A DNA stretch of 64,000 nucleotides, from contig CM119268.1 of assembly GCA_051294375.1 (NCBI GenBank), forward strand, positions 11,654,560 to 11,718,559. The letters run 5' to 3'. The translations under genes were made by a program, and so were the position numbers. This stretch comes from Paraspadella gotoi. Its lineage: Eukaryota > Animalia > Chaetognatha. The notes beneath the pieces were generated by a model, which was not told where the DNA came from, searched no databases, and saw nothing but the letters and a program-made list of their open reading frames with translations. Numbering within the stretch: the stretch's first letter is position 1; the number at the start of each line of letters is the position of its first letter. Positions 54,714 to 64,000 of this stretch are shown here, piece by piece.

Positions 54714-55028
54714 TTATTGCCTATTTATTTGTATTCTGCGACTATGCTCGCCCTTGACCGGCATCCAGGAGCGCCTTGTGTCGTGGACGGAGTTCCTCTT
54801 GCTTTGCTCGTACCTTTTGACGTCCGTCTCGGTCGGCAAAAGTATCCGGCTTGAGAAGGGTTGTTTGTCATAAGGGCCTGCGGCACACTGCCTCATTTTT
54901 TCAAAAAGACCCTCCAGGTTTAACGCCCCTGCCTCCTTCCTCCGTCCCGCCATATCTCCTACACACTGCCTGATTATTAAATCGCCGACAACATCCCACC
55001 ACTCCCCGGATTCAGTTACTGTCACCAA
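54714..55028 (-). CDS. Non-repetitive 104-codon open frame in a GC-richer island (exon or TE fragment, unidentified)
   Basis: Complex amino-acid sequence in an otherwise AT-rich region; no clear splice sites or motif recognised. Confidence 0.2.
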   Translation of the reverse strand: MVTVTESGEWWDVVGDLIIRQCVGDMAGRRKEAGALNLEGLFEKMRQCAAGPYDKQPFSSRILLPTETDVKRYEQSKRNSVHDTRRSWMPVKGEHSRRIQINRQ

Positions 55029-56639
55029 TTTAATGATTAGTCTAGACTCCGAAAAAAAATATTCTAAATTGTTTTACCTTTCTTTTAATAAGTGATGACA
55101 TCAGAACGTTTATATAATTATGTAAAATGATTATATTTAAACATCATATTTTAGAAATTTTCTTGTTTTGCGTTTAAATATTGTATATCTACTAATATAT
55201 TTTAAAGGAATTATTTTCTAAAAACTACAATACTGCAAACCACAATTTCTCGTCCTATTTTGCTTGGTCAGTGGCTTGGTTTTTCCTCATTTCTCATTGC
55301 TAATTAAGAAGGGAATATATAAAGGGGAAAAGAGCGCGTTGTTTATTTAACTACTTTGCGGTTCAATTATACTATTTTCATCTCCTCCTCTCCTTTTTCT
55401 TTCTTTCTCTCTCTCACTCTCTCTTCTCTCTTCTCTCTTTTCTCTCTCTCTCCTCTTCTCTTCTCTCTTAGGTCTCTCTCTCTTTTCTTCTGTAGCAGAG
55501 CACTTGGCTCGTCCCCGAGTCAACCAGGGTAGGAATGTCTCGTCGTGAGAGCAGGGCTCAGACTGCCATCTGACAAGACTCGCCTGAACGATCTATCTCA
55601 AAAGCAAACAATAATAAAAATCTTCAAAAGAATAGGATCGACCTGGCCTTCATTGATAACAAAATATTGAAGTGCGAAATTCAAACAAAAAAAAATACTT
55701 TGAAAATCCAAACTGTCAATATACAAATTTCAAGCTATTTCAAGATGAGAAGCCATATCTAATCGGAAACAAAGAGGGAATTCGGATCCAATGCACTCGG
55801 ATAGAATTCCCGTGCGAGGCATTCTCCTCATTAGACGAATCACCATCCGGCAGACGGACCACACTGAGGAGAGAAGGGTCTTCCTTGCCATCGCGGAAAA
55901 TGAAGACCCCCGTGCTCGATGATTCCAATGACCTGCTATATAATACTGACTCGTTTTTGCTTATAGATTATTCTGTCGTGTCAAATTCTTCACACCCGTT
56001 CTTCACTTGAGTATATTTCTGAAATAAATCCACTTTTGGTTTCGATGTTTGAAATTCTCTGTCTACTTACTTAAATGTGAGAGAGACAGGCGCGCAGAAA
56101 CCGGAGTTAAAAGAAGAGATGAGGCGCCGAACGAAGTCGTACGCGCTCAACCTTGGTCCGGTCAATCGCGTCAGGTCCATCGACCTCGGTTGTCGTCTAG
56201 CTCTTTGTCGTCGCTCCGTCGTCTCGTGCCTCTTCTCCTTTACACACACACACCTCTCTCTCCTTTCTCTCCGCTCTCTCTTTCTCTCTCCTCTCTCTTA
56301 CTCTAATGGAATATAAGTTTTTTTATTCAGTTAGTTTGGCTTCAATGATTGATTGAATATTGATTAACAATGACGTAGCGATATAAATTAGACAAGACAA
56401 ACATTCAACAAGACAACATAAATATCCCAACAGTTAAAAAATAAAAACAAGTTGAGCAAACTTGATTATTCTAGGAGTCTGATGGGTTTACTGGATGAGC
56501 CCTTCTTTCTCCATTTAAAACTGAAAAATAACGAAAATCCACTTTAACCTATATCACTGTAATCTCAGGCTAGCTTTTAAACCATGAAAATATATTTCTT
56601 TCTTTAACAAAAACCTTCCCCCTGTAAAAAATTTCGTCA

Positions 56640-57300
56640 AAATAAAACTATGACAAGAAATTTAAAATCCCCTAGTTCTTTCTTTGTTATTCTTTACGGA
56701 ATTGAGAAGTTCCAGTTAGGTAAAAGTTGTTTCTCTCTTAAAATACAAAATCGCTAAAATCGCGCGTTAACCAGTATTACTGAACCCTCTATCGCTACCT
56801 GTTTCAAACCTGAAATGATATTTAGTTCAGATAAAACCTGGGTTAAACCGAATACCAGAAAGTACAGAAAAGAAAAATCCTGAAACACCTAGTCTTCTTG
56901 TTATTTCGATGACTTGACAGTCAACTGGTAAGGTATATTCTGTTCCTAAAAACGTCAAACAGCAAAAACCGCAACAGACCCAGTGAGTAGCGCAAAACCG
57001 AAATTACTAACTAATAAAACTATTATCAATGTTTTCAAATACAATTAAACCTGTTTTAAAGATAACTGCAAGAAAAATTTTAAATTTTCTTGAAACATAG
57101 TTAATTTCTTATATAATTTTGCGCCTAATGTGTGTGGATTAATACCTATTTGAAAAAAATCAAAATCTCTCTTAATTTAAAAAATCGCAATGAATCGCAT
57201 CAGATACTATACTATATATATTCCTCTCATTCCTAATAAAATCTATAGATATTATTAGCATGATTAAACCTGGTTAAACGGGTGAATTAGAAAGCTAAAA
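56640..57300 (+). repeat. Degenerate ~210-220-bp tandem repeat, about 3 units
   Basis: CCTAGT(T)CTT..TTGTTATT at ~56670 and 56888 with a weaker match at ~57096; AAACCTG(G)TT at ~56834, 57047 and 57266. Confidence 0.5.
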
Positions 57301-58599
57301 AAAATGTTTTTGTAATAAGTTTGTTCATGATGTAAAAATACATAAAGTATGTTAATGAAAAAATGTATATTACTTTATAACGTGTGAAAAAAATAAACAT
57401 TGGTCCTTATGCACCATATCCTACAAAGGGAAGACAATCAGCTTATTCGAACGCCGCTAGTCGATTTTATGCCAATTAACCATAGTATAATAAAATGACA
57501 GTTGGCTAAAACTAATAAAAAGAATTTATTTTAGTCAGAAGACAAAGAAAGGAAGTACTATTTACCATCTATAGTCAAAAGCCCGCAAGACACTCACTTT
57601 ACATATCCTATCAAAATCGAATATCATATCTATTGACTTTTTTCACTCGATTTTGATATTTTTTTTTCCTGGAGGTCTGAGGCACCCGTGGGCTACATCC
57701 CGCTCGGAAATCATGCCCTCCTATGCCTCTCTCTCGTTTGACCATTCTCGTAACTTGACCTTTTTCAAATCATCTTTGATTTTTGCCTTTTTCCACAGTA
57801 TTCGGAATTTTTTAGCGTTTTGTTATGTAAAAGCGAATTTTAGGTTTTTCGCTTACCATCGGAAATGTTTAGATTTTTTCCCCTCTAGCATCGAAATTTC
57901 TTTCTTATTCGTTGGTATTTAGGTCGCGGTTGGCCATCGAACGCATACGATTTCATCGTCGATATGCTCCCGTCAAATTTACAGACATTGTTTCTGTTTT
58001 ATGCTCGTTAACATCCGGCTTCGGCGGCGGATGAACATGGACTTTCCCGGTTCGTCGTGGACCAGCTCGGATTCGGAACGACGATTACGGCTGAGGCGTA
58101 CGAATTTAAAAGTTCCTGTTGATCATGCTGAACTTTGGTGCCGGCGGACATTTTATGAAAAATAATTCAATGTGTACTTACGTCTTTTTCATAATATTTT
58201 TTCAGTTTTAATATTTATTTAGTTTTTTAGAATATTTATTTTGTATGTATTTTGGTTTGTCGGCGGTGGTTTAACCTCTAATTTTCCAATCGATCGTACG
58301 GCCTCCGATTATCTCCGGTTAAAGTGTATGTTCTCATCATGCCTTCTCTCCTCAATCCCTAACGTCGGCGAGAAATTTAGATTTTCTCCCTCCCCCATAC
58401 AACTAATATGTTAATATGTAGTTTCTCCCTTTGTATACATCGAATTTTTGTCCTCAATCTAAAAAAGATTTTTCTTTTTTGTACGAACCCGTCCTCACGT
58501 TCTTCGGGGGGTACGGCCATTTTTCTAATGAAAATTTAGTAATTATAACTTTTAGTTCGTTTTTTTAGAAAATTTGATAATTTTTCGGCTTTTTAGTAT

Positions 58600-59290
58600 T
58601 TAAGTCTAAAACCCACGAAATTGCAAAGAGTTTTAATATATATATAATAGAGAGAGAGATATATATAATATTAATATATATAGTAGATATAAATAATGAA
58701 TTAATTAAATAATTAATTATACGAAAAAAATAATATATACAAATATTAAATTTAAAATTAATTAATAACGAAAAAAGATAATAGAAAAAACAGAAAAGAA
58801 AGAAAGAAAGTATATCCATTTCATGTAAAAGTTTAATATAAATACAATATAATAATAAAATAATAGAAAAAATCATATAAAATTAAATTAAACTAATTAG
58901 TAAAAAAAAAAGAATAAGTATATCATTCATATATATAATATAATATATATATATATATAAATGAAAAATATATTAAATATATATAAAAAGAAAAATATAT
59001 ATAAAGAAGTAATCTCATTCGATAAAAAATCAATATAATAGAAATATAAATAGAAAATAAGATATATACTTAATTAATTAACTGTTTATGAGATTGATTA
59101 GATTAATAGAAAAAAAGAATAAGATATCATTTCATGTATAAACTAAATTAATTAACTAGAGAAAAAGAAATGAGAAGAAAAAGAAGAAAGAAAGTCATAT
59201 CAATCTCAGTAAAACTTAAATGTAAGTTAATATATAAATATAAATAAAAGAAAAACATATAATAATTAATTACATTAATTAATGTTTATA
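58600..59290 (+). repeat. Very AT-rich degenerate tandem repeat containing AATAAGTATATCATTTCATGTAAAA (also at ~54355)
   Basis: Motif recurs at ~58808, 58913, 59018, 59118 and 59192 (roughly 100-bp period) and once at 54355-54380. Confidence 0.55.
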
Positions 59291-59580
59291 ATGTATCTAT
59301 CCACCTATCCATATATCTACTCCCTCTCCGCCACCTCATATTTCAAAACGCAAACGAAATTGATAGTTATACACAATAAATTACATAAATAAAAAATGAT
59401 GTCCGTCCGGCACGTCCGTCCCCATCTTAGTAAAAAAAACACCAATTACTCGTGATTCGATGGATTGAATTGGAATGAAAATTTCCTTGTGTGGTAGGCG
59501 AAGCTTGTGATTGAGCTGTATATGCAAGTGTTCGATGGATTCGTCCCGAGTGGAAATGAGTTAAATGGATATAAAAAAAC

Positions 59581-59790
59581 ATTTGGACATTAAAGACGAA
59601 GTCTTCACTGACAACAACGATTTTTATCTTTATCCTGCTTCAGGACAAGTTTCGGTTTCATTCAAGCCTTCATCCAGTGCTCTTGAATGAAAGCCCGAAA
59701 AACTTGTCTGAACAATAAAAATAAAAATCGTTGTCTGTATGGAACAGACTTCATCTTTAATTCCAAATATCTCAAAACACAACGGAAACA
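59581..59790. mobile_element. Penelope-like element pseudo-LTR fragment in inverted-repeat arrangement
   Basis: 59581-59666 and 59682-59768 are imperfect reverse complements (~85-bp arms). Each arm has GAAA(A)CTTGTC followed by an A-rich AATAAA-like signal, and the right arm continues to ACACAACGG. This layout is typical of PLE pLTR inversions. Confidence 0.6.
59641..59680 (-). ncRNA. Minimal type I hammerhead ribozyme motif (imperfect as assembled)
   Basis: Minus strand: CA-CTG(G)ATGA-A-GGCTT-GAATG-AAACC-GAAAC-TT-GTC. The plus arm reads CTTGAATGAAAGCCCGAAAAACTTGTCTG. Merged consensus: CUGAUGA-A-GGCUU/AAGCC stem II-GAAAC-UU-GUC, with CA/UG as the start of stem I. Confidence 0.55.
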
Positions 59791-61169
59791 GAAAGTTTAA
59801 TCACAATGCCGAAAAAATAAAAAATATAAATATTCACATCGATTGAACACCAATCTACTCAAGAGTGGATTCGGGCATGACTTGAAATTTTGTTATTTGC
59901 GGTAGGCAAGTGTCGTGATTTATCTGGAAATAAAGTTCTCGCATGCAATCGTTTGAGTGGAAATGAGTTTAAATGGGAAAAAAAACCTGTTTTCCCTAAA
60001 TTGATTTTATGCTTCTTTTTCCTGTTCATATTAACATGTAAAATGAAGAGGTATTAATAAATCCAAAATAGAGGCTCACCTTACCTCTCTCCTCCCCCGC
60101 GGCCTTCTCTTCCCCCTCTTCAACGCCTCCTGCCTCCCTCGTCGTCCCCCTCCCTCTCATCCCCGGAGTTCACGCGGATAGAGGTTCTTGGAGATCGGAC
60201 TCTCTCTCTCAACTTCTCCTCTCGGTTCTCGGGGTCTCATGAAAACGCTTCCCCCTCTCCCTTCTCTCACCTTTTTATAGGTACCCTTGTTCGCGTTTGT
60301 TATAGCTACTTAACTGTTACCAAATACTATTCCTTACCCTTCTTACCTTCTTTTCCTCGATGAGAGACTAGTTAGAACCTACCTTTAGCTTGATACCCAT
60401 CTTCCAGCAAGATCAAATATTTAACTAGTTACAACTAATTATTAGCAATTAATTAATAAATATTAATTTAGTCAATCCCAATCCGTCCATCGTCCCCATG
60501 TCTTAGCAAAAGCTCCCAATATAACTCTTGTGATTTGGCTGTTGTATCTGGGAATGAAATTGGTAGTCTGGCTTAGTATGCGATGTGAGTGGATGAACCT
60601 GGATATAAAGTTTCGATGGAATCGTGCGAGTGAAATGAGTTAAATGGAAAAGAGATAGAAAAACATAACGTCTGGCATTTACAAAAATATTTTTACTTAT
60701 TTTTAACCAATAAATACTCTATAAATCATAAATTAGATGGATAGATTGAGTTGAAATTTTGTGTATGGGTAGGAAAGTGGTGTGACGAAGCTTGATACAA
60801 AGTATTCCGTTGAGAAAACTACGCAAGTGGAAATGAGTTTAAATAAAAAATATGAGTCAATTTTTACTTTGCAATGCCTTTTTGGCGCGTTTCACGATCT
60901 TGTTAGCTCCATCGCCCAATGCTACTTTTATTTTAACCCATAATACAATTAATTCATAAGTGAATTAATAGAATTGAAAAAGAAAGTGTATGTTGAAGGG
61001 AAGCTAGATATAAAGTTTTGACGGAATTGTGCCAGTGGAAATGACGTTACAATGCGAAAAAACATTAAGTCACATTTTACTTGAATCTTTTATTTATGAT
61101 TACTAATAAATGTTTTAATTAATTAATAAATTAATTAATTTAATATAATTTGAAAAAATGATACCAATG

Positions 61170-61560
61170 TAAAAAAAATTAAGCAAGTTCGAAAAAATTA
61201 AGCAAAAAGTTGAAAAATTATGCAGGTTATGAAAAAATTATGCAAGGTTGCAAAAAATTATGCAAGTTGAAAAAATATGCAAGTTGAAAAAATTATGCAA
61301 GTGGAAAAAATTTTATGCAAGTTGCAAAAATTAGCAAGTTGAAAATTTATGCAAGGTTAAAAAATTAGCCAAGTGACAAAAATTAGGCAACGTGAAAAAA
61401 ACTATGCAACGGTTGAAAAACATTCATGCCAAGTTGAAAAAAATTACTGCAAGTTTGAAAAAATTATGCAAGGTTGAAAAAATTATGCAAGTTGAAAAAA
61501 TTATGCAAGTTTTGAAAAATTATGCAAAATATGCAAAAAATTATGGCAAGTTAAAAAAAA
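61170..61560 (+). repeat. Minisatellite, ~18-19-bp unit AAAAAATTATGCAAGTTG, about 20 copies
   Basis: Directly visible tandem array; unit variation is mostly single-base indels. Confidence 0.95.
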
Positions 61561-63430
61561 TTTAAAAATAATTGATGATTTATTATTTAATTATTGTAGG
61601 CAGATCCGACATTGTGTGTCTTCAACAACTTTGTTTCACTGCTAACTGCGAATAGAACTCGTTGGCGATTTCGAATCCTTCATACTTTTACCCCACACAA
61701 CTCACATTGACTATTGTATTTCAAGCATATTCTACGTTTAATGGATTCATTACTACTTTTTCTTCTTTAATCAACACTTCACATATTTACTTAATTTCCT
61801 CATTACCTTAACGGGTTTTTTAATCCTATACATGATGCAAGTTTAAAAAATTTCAAAAGTTTCCAAAACTATTATAAGTGCCACAGTTAACCAGTTCAGC
61901 TTAGCCCTTGAAAGCGACTTACCATGTATTGGCGCAGCCACTGTTAGAAAGTGCATTCGGCCTATAGCACAATTGCGCGTACTACTTACATCCAATTTAC
62001 TTTGGTGTAACCGCAATTGACGCTGGTTACTAGTACCTACCTAGACTTCACTACGCTTCAACTCATTGACGTACTTCCTGTGAAAATCAAGTATTATAAT
62101 TTAACATTGTACATTTGTTAAAAATCGTTTTCTCATTAAACAAAAAACCCAAAAAAACGAGCTCGACGATGAGAACTAACGAAAACCCAAAAAACCACCC
62201 GCTCATGATTGCAGATTCGGTAGTTGGTCTTCGTTCGTTGGCCGCTGGGAGGAACATTTCTTTCGGAACAAAGACAAACAAATAATTTTCCTGGCCGCTG
62301 CGGCGGGNNNNNNNNNNNNNNNNNNNNNNNNNACTACTGCAGGGCGACATCTGTATCGCGGGTATAAAACGATTATATGCAAATTAGAATTTCGTGGCCT
62401 CGACGCGAAACAAAAGGGAAACGCGATCGCGGGAAAACCCCTGGCGTCGCTCGGAGGAACTCGAATGGAGAAAGAAAGAGGAATTACTAACGCAACCAAA
62501 GAGTAAGACGGAAATAAAAAAGGAAGAGGAAGAAAAGGAAGAAATTTTTGACGAGAAAAAAAAACAATTCATTCTTGAAAGATTAAAAATATAAATTTAT
62601 TTTATATAAATAATTTTTATTTTCCGTTTTTTTTTAATTTTTAAATTTTTTTTCAATTTTCTTTGTTTTTTCTGCTGTTGAGCATGTGTTGTGCCTTTAA
62701 TTTGACTTGGCCAAATAAGGTGACAACAAATACCCAAAAATTCACATACTGTGAACATTGAACAAGAAACCGATAACTTCCATGGAGACTGGAGGAAAAA
62801 AAAAAAGACTTCGAAAAGCGAATCTTCTTTTGGCTGAAAAATTCATCGGCGTCTCTGCTTAATGCATCGCCGTTGGCGGCGCTGGCGTCGTTTTCGTCGT
62901 CGCCTTCGACGTTTTCGTATAATTGTACCTTTAACTTTATCCTCTTGCTCCTACTTCCAGATATTCTGATGACTTCGCTGAGTCTACACACCGCGTTTTT
63001 TTCAGTCATTTCTTATGAGGCCCGCATCACCGCATACCGAGGCTTCTTCTGCACGTCCTAAATCGGCCGTTCCTAATGATCTGACAGACTACGTCAGTAC
63101 TTCCTTTGAGAACCAAAACGGGTAAATCGCTTTACAAATTAGCCCGCGAGTTGAATATCGCCGAGGAACCGCGTTTTTCGCGCCGGCTTTTTGCCGTCAT
63201 TACTTCTTGAATGCTCCTAGTGAGCCGATTTTATGATACAATTTAGCGATATTACGTGCTAACTTCGCACATTCTCTTTCATCAAACACGCTACCAACAC
63301 ACTATACAATAGTAAATACGTCTCAGTTCCGAAACCGACCTGACACTCCCACTTAAAATCCGCTACATCTATCCATTTCCTAGTATTACTCACATCACTA
63401 TTTCCAAAAATTCATTATTCTCTATTCCCG

Positions 63431-63469
<39 letters not shown>

Positions 63470-63589
63470 CTGCTCTCTCTCGTACCTCCATCGTCCTCTC
63501 ATCGTCTCCGTCTCTGTCTCCCTTCCTCTTTCCCTTTCTTGGCAATCAATCGCCTTAAGCCGACGCCTGCCTAGCAGCCGGACTAGCAA

Positions 63590-64000
63590 ACGTAGGCGAC
63601 GCCTTAGCCGACAGCCTCCTAGTTCCATGGAACGCGCCCGGGGCAGCATCTTGAAATCTGAAATCTCTTCCCCCCAGCCTCTCCTCTCCTCTTCCTCCTC
63701 TTCTCTCTCCTCCTCTCTCTCTCGCTCGCCTCTCCTCTCACTCTTCTCATCGATCTCTCCTCTTCTCTCACTCTCTCTCGTATTCTCTACTTTTCTACCT
63801 CCTTAGCCATCTTGACGGACAAGGAAGGAAAACCACTGCCGTCAAAAGAAAGACCGAACACACGACGAACGCAAAACCGATNNNNNNNNNNNNNNNNNNN
63901 NNNNNNGAGAGAGAGAGAGCTGGGGGAAGAGATTCAAGATTTCAAGATGCTGCCCCGGGCGGCGTCTCCATGGAAGCTAGGAGGCGTCGCTAAGGCGTCG
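63590..64000. repeat. Inverted near-duplication across a 25-N gap (63597-63690 vs 63907-64000)
   Basis: GGGGCAGCATCTTGAAATC vs GATTTCAAGATGCTGCCCC. Confidence 0.9.

Larger units (their letters stand above)
59398..61085 (+). mobile_element. DINE-1/HINE-like element(s) with (GTCC)n head and ~200-bp internal tandem repeats
   Basis: GTCCGTCC...CCCATCTTAG heads at ~59400 and ~60482. Five degenerate units ending in (G)AGTGGAAATGAG/C-like motifs at ~59548, 59955, 60628, 60826 and 61034, several preceded by TTGAAATTTTG...GGTAGG and ATAAAGTT. Confidence 0.55.
52815..62307. repeat. Inverted ~300-bp pair (52815-53110 vs 61985-62307)
   Basis: CATGAGCGGTGGTTTTTGG (52901) vs CCAAAAAACCACCCGCTCATG (~62187); the right copy ends at a 25-N gap. 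Confidence 0.85.

Noticed and set aside
61170-61560. CRISPR-like regular repeats
   Set aside because: Units are directly adjacent with no unique spacers, there are no cas genes, and the context is eukaryotic.

Overview
This is eukaryotic, most likely invertebrate animal, genomic DNA. It is AT-rich and saturated with (GA)n/(CT)n and (GAC)n/(GTC)n microsatellites, so almost every ORF in the supplied track is low-complexity noise or a read-through of N-gaps. The scaffold looks like a long-read gap-filled draft: nine gaps of exactly 25 N, and many direct and inverted near-copies that differ by scattered single-base indels. Much of the apparent large-scale structure is therefore probably artefact. 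Supportable content is: (i) a clean minus-strand coding exon at 1141-1321 plus weaker exon candidates; (ii) a frameshifted non-LTR retrotransposon RT remnant at ~21700-22715 that the ORF track misses; (iii) DINE-1/HINE-like elements with (GTCY)n and ~200-bp internal repeats; (iv) a ~190-bp Penelope-type inverted repeat carrying a minimal hammerhead ribozyme motif, nested in that element (59581-59790); (v) promoter-like clusters (phased CCAAT boxes, paired TCACGTGAC E-boxes); (vi) a GC-rich island built from a hidden 20-bp palindromic repeat (18940-19300); (vii) several minisatellites. I found no convincing novel multi-gene system, CRISPR array, rRNA or intact tRNA. All alignments were done by eye and boundaries are approximate unless splice sites are given.
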